Positions 8,425 through 16,499 of a stretch of DNA of 64,000 nt are shown one piece after another. The translations under genes were made by a program, and so were the position numbers. How positions within the stretch are numbered: position 1 is the stretch's first letter; each line of letters begins with the position of its first letter. Source of the DNA: a virus; IMG/VR virus record IMGVR_UViG_3300005095_000173, positions 1 to 64,000 of that record; one strand, given 5' to 3'. The notes below the pieces were generated by a model that did no database searches, was not told the DNA's origin, and saw only the letters and a list, made by a program, of their open reading frames with translations.

Positions 8425-9224
8425 TGATAAAGTATGAAATCTATCATGCAGATAATTTAGAGTGGCTACATGAATTTAGTGATAAGATAAAAGTAAATCT
8501 CATTTATATTGACCCTCCATTCAACACAGGAAAATCATTCTTTAGAAATGGAATTGGATATTCAGATAAAGGAGATAGAATAAACCCAATACTTATTTCA
8601 AAAGGAAAAATTACATCATTTGGAGGGTACTCTGAATATTTAGATGGAATTTATACTCGATTGCTATATTCAAAAGAAATTCTTGATAAATATGGAAGTA
8701 TATTTATACATGCCGATTATCGTGCAATTCATTATATAAAAGTAATTGCTGACTTTATATTTGGGATTGATAATTTTATGAATGAGATTATATGGGCCTA
8801 TGATTACGGTGGAAGACCTAAAAAGTACTGGCCAAGAAAGCATGATAATATTTTATGGTATGTAAAGAATAAAAAACATTATACATTCAACTACAATGAA
8901 ATGGATAGAATTCCTTATATGGCTCCTGGACTTGTAGGTAAAGAAAAAGCCGCTAAAGGAAAAACTCCAACTGATGTATGGTGGCACACTATTGTGCCTA
9001 CTAATAGTAAAGAAAAAACAGGTTATCCAACCCAAAAGCCTTTGGGAATTTTAGAAAGAATAGTGAGAGTACATTCTAATCCTGGAGACACTTTACTTGA
9101 TTTCTATGCTGGTAGTGGAAGTTTTGGAGAAGCGGCATTAAAGCACGGGAGAAATGTAATCTTAGTTGACAATAATCCACAAGCAATTGAGATAATGAAG
9201 AGGAGATTAAGTAAGTATGGATAG
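8421..9224 (+). CDS. DNA methyltransferase (N6A/N4C, beta class)
   Basis: LIYIDPPFN catalytic motif before LDFYAGSG SAM motif; YPTQKP. Confidence 0.92.
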   Translation: MMIKYEIYHADNLEWLHEFSDKIKVNLIYIDPPFNTGKSFFRNGIGYSDKGDRINPILISKGKITSFGGYSEYLDGIYTRLLYSKEILDKYGSIFIHADYRAIHYIKVIADFIFGIDNFMNEIIWAYDYGGRPKKYWPRKHDNILWYVKNKKHYTFNYNEMDRIPYMAPGLVGKEKAAKGKTPTDVWWHTIVPTNSKEKTGYPTQKPLGILERIVRVHSNPGDTLLDFYAGSGSFGEAALKHGRNVILVDNNPQAIEIMKRRLSKYG

Positions 9225-9417
9225 TTGTACCAAGCGCGAGTTAGAAATTCTAAAAGGAATTATTCAGGGAATGATTAATGGAAAGTATGAAAAGAACCTT
9301 TTACTGTTATTACAAATAGTCAACGGAATTCTAAGAGAAGGAGAAGATGGAACTTCTGGAATTCCAGAATTAAAAACAATGCCTGTTGATTCAATGTGGA
9401 GTGGTTATTATGATTAA
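9217..9417 (+). CDS. hypothetical protein
   Basis: 66-aa ORF overlapping the MTase stop. Confidence 0.5.
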   Translation: MDSCTKRELEILKGIIQGMINGKYEKNLLLLLQIVNGILREGEDGTSGIPELKTMPVDSMWSGYYD

Positions 9418-9494
9418 GGGGCAGAATTGGTCAGTCAGACAACTAAAGCCAAAGAGCTGTTGTCTGAACGAGGGTTCGATCCCCTCCTGCTCCA
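9418..9494 (+). ncRNA. tRNA-like RNA resembling an isolated tmRNA TLD (Ala identity G3:U70, A73)
   Basis: GGGGCAG/CTGCTCC-A acceptor, stemless D-loop, 9-bp helix TCAGACAAC/GTTGTCTGA, T arm GAGGG-TTCGATC-CCCTC. Confidence 0.75.
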
Positions 9495-9522
9495 TTGGTA
9501 ATATAACAAATAGGAGGTATGT

Positions 9523-9720
9523 GTGAAACTATTCTGTGACAATTGTGGAAAAAATGTTAGAGTTGATTTGTTATCAAAACTAAATTGGGTTATTTGTGAT
9601 GATATTAGCTCTGCCGAAGTTGAATTAATATACTCTTGTAGTAGATGTGGTAAATTTATTAAAAGTACAAATGTCGTGTTAGATTTAGATGAGACTTATA
9701 CGTATGTAGATCTTGAATAA
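9523..9720 (+). CDS. small Zn-ribbon protein
   Basis: CDNC...CSRC; AGGAGG RBS. Confidence 0.65.
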   Translation: MKLFCDNCGKNVRVDLLSKLNWVICDDISSAEVELIYSCSRCGKFIKSTNVVLDLDETYTYVDLE

Positions 9721-9734
9721 AGGAGGAATATAAA

Positions 9735-9983
9735 ATGGGTGTTTACGCACGAGTTGAAGAGCTAGAAAAGGAAATTGCTCGAAATAAAGATTTAGTTTAT
9801 GCTGTAATTGATAAGTTGACTTATATAACTATTTGGGATAAAGATGTTGCACTTGCAGAGGTAGCAGTAGAAGAAAAACGTGAGAAAGAATCTCCACTGG
9901 CGGAACATGTTTTAACGTTAACTAAAAATCTAGAGGAGATCAATAAACATTTAGCAGATTTACTAAATAGTATTGACCTATGA
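9735..9983 (+). CDS. hypothetical protein
   Basis: AGGAGG RBS. Confidence 0.65.
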   Translation: MGVYARVEELEKEIARNKDLVYAVIDKLTYITIWDKDVALAEVAVEEKREKESPLAEHVLTLTKNLEEINKHLADLLNSIDL

Positions 9984-10495
9984 AACAAGCTCTTATCAAC
10001 TACATGAAAAGAACACTAGACGATGAGTTTTATACGCCTGAATATGCTATTACTCCACTGTTGAAATATTTACCAACTTCTGGAATATTTTGGGAGTGTA
10101 CAGACTTTGGAAACTCAAATATTACAAAGGTTCTAAGAGAAAGTGGACGGAAAGTAATTACATCTCATATAAATTCAGGTATAGATTTTCTAAATGACGA
10201 ACCAGAAGACCATTATGACTATATTATTTCCAACCCACCTTATAGTATTAAGACAGACTTTTTACGTAGAGCGTATTCATTAGGAAAACCATTTTATTTT
10301 CTACTCCCTATAACATCATTAGAAGGTATTGAACGTGGAAAACTATTTAGAGAATTTGGAATCCAAGTTCTTGTATTTGATAAAAGAGTTGATTTTGTTA
10401 AAGGTGGAAGCGCTTGGTTCAATACAAGCTGGTTCTGCTGGAATATGCTACCAAGAGATCTAATATTCGAGGAGTTGATAAAAGAATCAAAATGA
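9980..10495 (+). CDS. small phage N6-adenine DNA methyltransferase
   Basis: DEFYTP, DFL, IISNPPYS, LEGIERG. Confidence 0.8.
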   Translation: MKQALINYMKRTLDDEFYTPEYAITPLLKYLPTSGIFWECTDFGNSNITKVLRESGRKVITSHINSGIDFLNDEPEDHYDYIISNPPYSIKTDFLRRAYSLGKPFYFLLPITSLEGIERGKLFREFGIQVLVFDKRVDFVKGGSAWFNTSWFCWNMLPRDLIFEELIKESK

Positions 10496-10851
10496 AAACA
10501 ATAGTTACTGGTAGTCAAACAATTACAAATTATGATTTAGTAAAAGAATTAATTGATAGAAGTGATATTAAAATTACAGAGATTATCTCTGGTGAATCTG
10601 AGGGTGTAGATGAATTAGCAATTAGATATGCTAAAGAAAATAATATTCCTCATAGAGTATTCAAAACAAATTTGAATAAATACGGGAAATCCGCTAGTAA
10701 AATCAGAAATAGAGAAATGGCTAAACATGCAGATGCGCTAATAGCAATTTGGGATGGCAAGAGTAGAGGAACTAAAAATATGATTGAAGTAGCCAGAGAC
10801 CTAGGATTAGAACTGATTGTAATCTATACAATTGAAGAGGAGGAAAAATGA
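10492..10851 (+). CDS. SLOG-family protein (DUF2493/YspA-like)
   Basis: IVTGSQ, IISG...GVD, IRNREMA..ADALIAIWDGKSRGTKNMI; likely start ATG 10492. Confidence 0.85.
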   Translation: MKTIVTGSQTITNYDLVKELIDRSDIKITEIISGESEGVDELAIRYAKENNIPHRVFKTNLNKYGKSASKIRNREMAKHADALIAIWDGKSRGTKNMIEVARDLGLELIVIYTIEEEEK

Positions 10852-11048
10852 AATTCAAAAGTATTGATAAAACCTATCTTACTATTTACTGTATGGATGA
10901 TTATTGGTATTGTCTTACTGAGGGCTACATCAATTATAAAGAAATCCTCAAAGATGAGGAAGAGGTAAATAAATTAGAAGAGGCTATCAAGACAATCCAA
11001 TCTTTCTTCAATCAGTTAGAAGAAATGGGTATCTTGGAGTATGTGTAA
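10848..11048 (+). CDS. hypothetical protein
   Basis: GAGGAGG RBS; ATGA overlap. Confidence 0.6.
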   Translation: MKFKSIDKTYLTIYCMDDYWYCLTEGYINYKEILKDEEEVNKLEEAIKTIQSFFNQLEEMGILEYV

Positions 11049-11158
11049 GATGTTATTACTAATTGTACTTTATTTACTTCTTGATAGAAATTGCGGCTAT
11101 AATCCAAGATATTCCTATAGACCAGATAGACCAACTAAGCCACCAATAGGAGGAAGTA

Positions 11159-11434
11159 ATGTCTAAAACAGTAAAAGAAATTTATGAAGAAGAATTAAAA
11201 GCACTAAAAGATAGAGAAGATCTCATAATCAGAAAAAAGATAGAATTCGCCGAAAAGAAAATAAAGAATATAGAAGGATTACGTGTAGAAAATAATCATG
11301 GAATAGTGAGAATAAAAGGAGATGATATAGAAGACATTGTAGTAACTGATTCACTATCGTTTTCCGTTGGGCCAGTAACAACAAAAAGTATAAACTATGC
11401 AATCTATGTAGCATATAAGAATAAACAGAGGTAA
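11159..11434 (+). CDS. hypothetical protein
   Basis: AGGAGG RBS. Confidence 0.65.
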   Translation: MSKTVKEIYEEELKALKDREDLIIRKKIEFAEKKIKNIEGLRVENNHGIVRIKGDDIEDIVVTDSLSFSVGPVTTKSINYAIYVAYKNKQR

Positions 11435-11436
11435 AG

Positions 11437-11679
11437 ATGAAAGCATATTTCATCGGCGGGATATATGATAGAGAAATTAAAGAGATAAATAAACATTACA
11501 CATCAATACAAATTCCAATATCTACATTAGACAGAATAACATATTATTATATCGGAAGGGAAGTAACAAATAAAGGAGAAATAGTAGAAATCTACTCAAT
11601 ATACAAATACCCTCCAGAAGATATACTAGAAGAAGTAAGAAGAGAAATATTATACAGAGGCTATCTATCTTTATGGTAG
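11437..11679 (+). CDS. hypothetical protein
   Basis: GAGG RBS; FIGG.YD start typical of small phage proteins. Confidence 0.6.
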   Translation: MKAYFIGGIYDREIKEINKHYTSIQIPISTLDRITYYYIGREVTNKGEIVEIYSIYKYPPEDILEEVRREILYRGYLSLW

Positions 11680-11701
11680 ATAGATAGCCTCTTTTTTATT
11701 T
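11656..11701 (+). terminator. intrinsic terminator closing the left + strand operon
   Basis: AGAGGCTATCTATCT / AGATAGATAGCCTCT 15-bp stem plus T tract. Confidence 0.85.
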
Positions 11702-11704
11702 AAT

Positions 11705-11915
11705 ATAGGGGGGGGTATAGGAGTAATAAAGAGGGTAATAGATAGGGGTATATATAGGGGGAAGGAAGAGGGAGAGAAGAAGAGGGAAAGGGGGGGGGGA
11801 AGTACGTCATCGTATACATGGAGTATCGTGGAGAGTATAAAGTATGTGTAGAGTAAAGTATAGATTAAAGTGTGTGTGTTATGGTTAAGTTAGTTATAAA
11901 GTGTGTGTGTGGAAG
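11705..11915. repeat. G-tract, purine-rich low-complexity region with TAAAGTGTGTGTGT x2
   Basis: multiple G4-G10 runs, almost no C; no ORF. Confidence 0.7.
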
Positions 11916-11945
11916 TTTAACACGCCATGTCAATCCCTGGAGTGA

Positions 11946-12013
11946 TAGTGAAATTTATCACAACCTGGGGGGGGGTGCAATTTTTCACAAGCGATTTGTG
12001 AAGATGGTCACAA
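11946..12013. promoter_or_regulatory. three tandem Rex/CRP-like boxes
   Basis: TAGTGAAATTTATCACAA (11946), GGGTGCAATTTTTCACAA (11973), TTGTGAAGATGGTCACAA (11996). Confidence 0.55.
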
Positions 12014-12101
12014 TCATGGGAGCGTGGGCGTATTAGCGGTTGCTGATATTAAGCGATGATAATAGTACTTAAGTACTATATAGCAATTACTTGCAAAATC
12101 A

Positions 12102-12129
12102 TTGACAATCTGAGCATATAGAGTATAAT
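12102..12129 (+). promoter_or_regulatory. sigma70 consensus promoter
   Basis: TTGACA-16nt-TATAAT upstream of the 12222 gene. Confidence 0.75.
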
Positions 12130-12221
12130 TACAATAGTACAAAACAATTGTACTTTAACAACCTATTCGCAAGCCCTCGGTTGTCGGGGGCGAATACCAC
12201 AATACGAAAGGAAGGTATATC

Positions 12222-12590
12222 ATGGGTAGTAAACTTTTGTCGGTTACTTTGTTTGACGAAACAGGGCAGTTTTACGAAGTTGATACTGCCAAGAGCGCCG
12301 CTAAGTTGTTGGCGTCCATCGCAAGCGGTCGGCTGACCAAGGCCAACGCCCTGGCCGCTAAGAAGTTGCTGGCCGCGCCCAAGGTAGCAGAGGTACTGGA
12401 AAAATACGGGTATGAGTACCGCGTTGTCACGCAGAGCGAGAAAGAGAAAAAGATTGCTACTTTTTCTTACCCGTATCTTCGGGCGCTGGCTGAATTGGCT
12501 GATAGCCGCATCTGGGACGGTGTGACCATCACCGTAGAGGGTGGGCGTTCTCGCAAACGCCAAACCGAACCCGAAGAATTGGATATCTGA
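12222..12590 (+). CDS. GC-rich putative pre-early protein
   Basis: own promoter, AAGGAAGGT RBS and terminator; GC-ending codons. Confidence 0.8.
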   Translation: MGSKLLSVTLFDETGQFYEVDTAKSAAKLLASIASGRLTKANALAAKKLLAAPKVAEVLEKYGYEYRVVTQSEKEKKIATFSYPYLRALAELADSRIWDGVTITVEGGRSRKRQTEPEELDI

Positions 12591-12600
12591 CCGCCGCAAC

Positions 12601-12636
12601 GGGGGCGCTATAATTAGCGCCCCCTAATTCTTTTTT
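12601..12636 (+). terminator. intrinsic terminator
   Basis: GGGGGCGCTA/TAGCGCCCCC followed by T-rich tract. Confidence 0.75.
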
Positions 12637-12649
12637 ATGGAGTGATAAG

Positions 12650-12763
12650 ATGCGTAAGAGTAACTACACTTTACTTGTTTTGCTAATCGCAGTGTTATTT
12701 ACTGCGATTATTATCGTGCCGATTTTTGTTCGCACACTTGGTAGCATCATGCTACCGTTCTAA
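12650..12763 (+). CDS. small single-TM peptide (37 aa, not in ORF track)
   Basis: GGAG RBS; MRKSNYTLLVLLIAVLFTAIIIVPIFVRTLGSIMLPF. Confidence 0.55.
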   Translation: MRKSNYTLLVLLIAVLFTAIIIVPIFVRTLGSIMLPF

Positions 12764-12788
12764 CCAATACAACCTAATAACCTATGAG

Positions 12789-12821
12789 ATAGCACGCTAT
12801 TTAGCGTGCTATTTTTTATTT
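12789..12821 (+). terminator. intrinsic terminator
   Basis: ATAGCACGCTA/TAGCGTGCTAT plus T tract. Confidence 0.75.
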
Positions 12822-13254
12822 AACTTACACTGCTTGCTATCTCCCGACTATATTAGCACACATGAGCAAATTTATTAATAACTTGTGCAAGTTTTTGCAA
12901 GTATTGATTATGGTTAATCACGAAATTGCAAGAAAAGTATTATTATAAACGGGCGGTAAAAATGTTGAAAATTTTGGGGGAGAGTGTGCGTCTAAACTTA
13001 CAATCCCAAAACATCACTTACTCCCCTACGCCATAAATACTATATACATTCTACCATATACTACTACCCACTTATTTACCTATATTGCTATAATCTTTTA
13101 TACTTACAGAACGATAATACTTACTTATTATTGTTAACTGCCCTTAGTGTATATATGACACTATCTACGGGTTAACTGGTGTCTTTCTGGGCTTTTCTAC
13201 ATGTTTTGCCTACCCTGAGCCCAGATTTTCCCCCCGTCAACCCCCCGAAAACCC

Positions 13255-13283
13255 TTGACGCCCTGGGCAGGTTGTGGTACACT
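13255..13283 (+). promoter_or_regulatory. sigma70-type early promoter
   Basis: TTGACG-17nt-TACACT with TGTGG before -10, like the other phage promoters. Confidence 0.7.
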
Positions 13284-13408
13284 TTTGTCGTAGGTAATCC
13301 AGCCCTGCAACGGGCTGAATTATACCATTTAAAACAATTATACTTTCAGTATTAATACTCACAAAAATAAAGAGTATTAATACAAATTAGAGTAACTGGA
13401 GCAAAAAG

Positions 13409-13639
13409 ATGGAAGAACTACGATGTAAACATTGTGGTAACGCTGGAGTATCTATACTCCACAACCACGAATTTTATTGTTCAAAGTGCTTTGAAGAGTT
13501 ATTCTCTTCAAAGTATGATACTATTAAGCTTCCTATGATTGTTCCCACCGTTCGCACGCGCCCAAAGCGTTCGTGGCGAACGCGTGCCAGCAAGTACGAT
13601 TATATCAGAGATATTCCCATAGAAGCGATAGAGATCTAA
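13409..13639 (+). CDS. small Zn-finger protein
   Basis: CKHC...CSKC; basic C-terminus. Confidence 0.65.
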   Translation: MEELRCKHCGNAGVSILHNHEFYCSKCFEELFSSKYDTIKLPMIVPTVRTRPKRSWRTRASKYDYIRDIPIEAIEI

Positions 13640-13736
13640 TACACTCTATCGCTATTTGTCGTTTAAATAACTTTTGTTCCCAGCCGTTTTTATAGGTTGG
13701 GAACAATTCTTTTAAGGAGAAGGGAGAGTTAAAATA

Positions 13737-14114
13737 ATGGTTAAAAATTATGAAGATTATATCGGTTTAGCATTTAGTGCAGCACAAAAATTTACTGTAA
13801 CGCCTGAATTATACGAAGAAATTCGGGCTGATGGTCTTGCAAGAGATTATCGCCAAGAGGTATTAACCGCCATTGTTGAATATTTATCTAATGGCGGTGA
13901 TATTGATAAAGATCAGAAAGCGTTTTTCCGATTCGTTAATCGGAAGATTTATCGCTTTCTGGTAAATTATGGATATAAGCGGCGAAGAAATTCGCCCAAA
14001 TTTACCCGACCAGAAAAGACATTTACTGAGTACTTTAAAGAAGACAACAACAATGCTCGCTTAGAGCATTCTACATTATTATCAACAGAAAGAAAGGAGA
14101 GTGAGGAATGGTAG
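13737..14114 (+). CDS. hypothetical protein, weak similarity to sigma factor region 2
   Basis: RDYRQEVLTAIVEY...FFRFVNRKIYRFLVNY. Confidence 0.6.
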   Translation: MVKNYEDYIGLAFSAAQKFTVTPELYEEIRADGLARDYRQEVLTAIVEYLSNGGDIDKDQKAFFRFVNRKIYRFLVNYGYKRRRNSPKFTRPEKTFTEYFKEDNNNARLEHSTLLSTERKESEEW

Positions 14115-14281
14115 TAGTTTTGAAAGATAAAAACAACATCACTATTGATCTTATAGAGATTAATAGTGAAGAAGAAACATTAACACTTGAAGACTTAGCC
14201 GCATTATCAGCATTCGCTGAAGATGCAGGCTATAAAGAGGTTATTATTTATGAAAGGATTGAAAATGTTTCAGAAATATAA
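14108..14281 (+). CDS. small acidic protein (57 aa, not in ORF track)
   Basis: AAGGAG RBS; MVVVLKDKNNITIDLIEINSEEE... Confidence 0.5.
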   Translation: MVVVLKDKNNITIDLIEINSEEETLTLEDLAALSAFAEDAGYKEVIIYERIENVSEI

Positions 14282-14444
14282 ATGTAAGTATGAATATATT
14301 ATTAGCATTATAGACGGAATACTAATGATTATTGACGGTGTTATTACCGTCGTTAGTTTAGGAAGTGTCCATACAGGATTAAGTTACAAATTTACTATTA
14401 CTGTATGGGCAAGGGTACAAAAACATTGTGCGAAAAACAAATAA
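14265..14444 (+). CDS. small membrane protein
   Basis: AAGGA RBS before MFQKY; hydrophobic segment. Confidence 0.5.
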   Translation: MFQKYKCKYEYIISIIDGILMIIDGVITVVSLGSVHTGLSYKFTITVWARVQKHCAKNK

Positions 14445-14570
14445 AATTTCCACTACCAGTACATGAGTTTTTATTCTCATGTACTGATGTGGGGATTTTA
14501 TTCCCCAAAATTACTCGCGATTGTGGTGGTATAAAACTACCACACAAATTTAAACCTGGAGGTTTGTAAA

Positions 14571-14924
14571 ATGTTTGTCAACGCTCAGAAAGCACAGAAG
14601 ATTTTCCGCCTTTCTCCCCTCGCTGTTACAAAAGATGGTAATACTACCTATATTGAGGGGAATGAATTTGAATACAAAATTATTCACAAAGATGATTCTT
14701 TCCAGATTTTCGCCCGCGAACTGGAGGGCGAAAATAAGAAGTGGAATCAATTATTTGTTGGTATCCGTGAATATGAGGATACCAACGGCGATGTTTATCG
14801 TCTTTCTAATCCGTATTTTATGTTTGACACCGAAAAGTTGAACTACGTTATTTCCATCAGAAAACAGCGGATGGAAGGGCTGGACTGGAAAACTGTACAT
14901 TATTACAACTTTGAGATTAAATAA
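14571..14924 (+). CDS. hypothetical early protein
   Basis: GGAGGT RBS; flanked by hairpins. Confidence 0.75.
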   Translation: MFVNAQKAQKIFRLSPLAVTKDGNTTYIEGNEFEYKIIHKDDSFQIFARELEGENKKWNQLFVGIREYEDTNGDVYRLSNPYFMFDTEKLNYVISIRKQRMEGLDWKTVHYYNFEIK

Positions 14925-15008
14925 AGTTTGAGTGAATCACCTGCCCACTACTAAATAATAAAAGTAGTGGGCAGATATTTGCTCAAAGTATTATAGCCTC
15001 ATTAAATA

Positions 15009-15058
15009 AAGAGAGTAGCGATTATACTAAAAGTTAGTCGCTGCTCTCTTTTTATTTT
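15009..15058 (+). terminator. intrinsic terminator-like hairpin
   Basis: AAGAGAGTAGCGA/TCGCTGCTCTCTT plus T tract. Confidence 0.65.
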
Positions 15059-15082
15059 AATCTAATTTCTTGGAGGAAGAAA

Positions 15083-15913
15083 ATGTTTGAAGTAACCGAA
15101 AGAGGTGAAGTTGAATTTAGTATTAGTGCTGTTGAATTACTTGAAACAGCAGGAAAAATACGCAATAATTATTCTGCTAAAGCATTAGTTGATTTAGCAT
15201 TAAATAGTGGGTGTATTTATGCTGAAGACTTGGTAAAATATTATACTGATTCTAACAACCTTGAGCGGGATGTTATTTACAATAGGGTATTTTCACCTGA
15301 ACGTTTTAGCGTTCAGGAATTTGATAAAAGCCATAATTACAATGGAGGATATGAATTTATTCCGCTGGGAATTTATCATTTTATGAACAATTATAAAGTA
15401 ATTAAAAGAGAACTTGGTATTATCCCTGAAAAAATGTCTTTTATTGATGTAGGTTGCGGAACTGGTAATATTTTGTTTGCGGCCAAGTATTTATTAGGAT
15501 TTGAACAGGTAGCAGGAATTGAATTGTCTGAAAGATTATTATATATTGCTGATCGTATTTTAAGTTGTCTTGATGTTCCACATTATAGAGTGTATGGTAA
15601 TGAATTACTGAAATATAATGACCACATTACGATGAAAAGAGCGAATGCAATTAGTTTTGATTATTCTGGATTCAATATTATTAATATGTATCACCCATTA
15701 GAGTTTGACTATGAAATGATAAAATTATACAAACAAGTATTAGAAACAATGGATGTCGGTAGTATTATGGTTGATCATTATCGTTTTGATATTATTGAAA
15801 ACATTACTGAGATTAAGTTTATTTATAACCATGCCCCCGTCGGATCTACTGGCGGGTTTGTCAAAAAGATTAATGAGAAAACTTTTGAATTATACTACTT
15901 TGATCATTTTTAA
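15083..15913 (+). CDS. class I SAM-dependent methyltransferase (DOT1-like appearance)
   Basis: FIDVGCGTGN, GIELS, RANA, post-II MYHPL; no DPPY/NPPY or PC motif. Confidence 0.8.
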   Translation: MFEVTERGEVEFSISAVELLETAGKIRNNYSAKALVDLALNSGCIYAEDLVKYYTDSNNLERDVIYNRVFSPERFSVQEFDKSHNYNGGYEFIPLGIYHFMNNYKVIKRELGIIPEKMSFIDVGCGTGNILFAAKYLLGFEQVAGIELSERLLYIADRILSCLDVPHYRVYGNELLKYNDHITMKRANAISFDYSGFNIINMYHPLEFDYEMIKLYKQVLETMDVGSIMVDHYRFDIIENITEIKFIYNHAPVGSTGGFVKKINEKTFELYYFDHF

Positions 15914-15934
15914 AATATTCTTGAGGTAGGAATA

Positions 15935-16201
15935 ATGTACAAAAATATAAAGCACCATGGTAATGATATTCATATTAACGAACATGAAGATTATACGCAT
16001 ATTGTAATGTCTATTAGTGATACAATTTATGATTGGCTTATTATTAGAGATGAAGTTACAAGAAATATTAAAGTAAATTACTATGAGGGAATGAGTAACC
16101 CCCCAATTAAAACTTATGAATTTAGTAATTATTCTTCAGCGTATAACTATGTTATTGAAATGGCAAAAGAGATTATTGAAAATTCCACGAAGGAGAAATA
16201 A
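15935..16201 (+). CDS. hypothetical protein
   Basis: GAGGTAGG RBS. Confidence 0.65.
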   Translation: MYKNIKHHGNDIHINEHEDYTHIVMSISDTIYDWLIIRDEVTRNIKVNYYEGMSNPPIKTYEFSNYSSAYNYVIEMAKEIIENSTKEK

Positions 16202-16202
16202 G

Positions 16203-16499
16203 ATGGAAAAGAAAAACTTTGACGAATTGATGCAAAGTATGGCAGAAGCCGCTAAAATTATCGCAGGGGAAGAAGAACCCTCGCGAGAATTTGAATTTAC
16301 TGATAAAGATTTTTATGATATTCCTGATGAGTATTTTTACAATGAAGAAAACGAGGATATTATCAATGAAGAAAAATTAGAGCGGCGCAAGAATTACGAA
16401 CGCCGCAAGAAAAACAAGAAGAAGAATAACCGTCGAAAACGTAACCAACAGAAACGGCGGATTAACTTCTACGAAGAAGGCGTAGAAGATGATTTTTAA
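16203..16499 (+). CDS. charge-segregated protein with antitoxin-like N-terminus
   Basis: AAGGAG RBS; FDELMQSMAEAAKIIAGEEEPSREF, then acidic, then K/R-rich. Confidence 0.7.
   Translation: MEKKNFDELMQSMAEAAKIIAGEEEPSREFEFTDKDFYDIPDEYFYNEENEDIINEEKLERRKNYERRKKNKKKNNRRKRNQQKRRINFYEEGVEDDF

Noticed and set aside
9418-9494. Canonical tRNA-Ala or full-length tmRNA
   Set aside because: No D-stem and no 5-bp/7-nt anticodon arm; no room for a tag ORF or pseudoknots.
12129-12599. 156-aa - strand ORF
   Set aside because: Shadow of the GC-rich + strand gene, which has the promoter, RBS and terminator.
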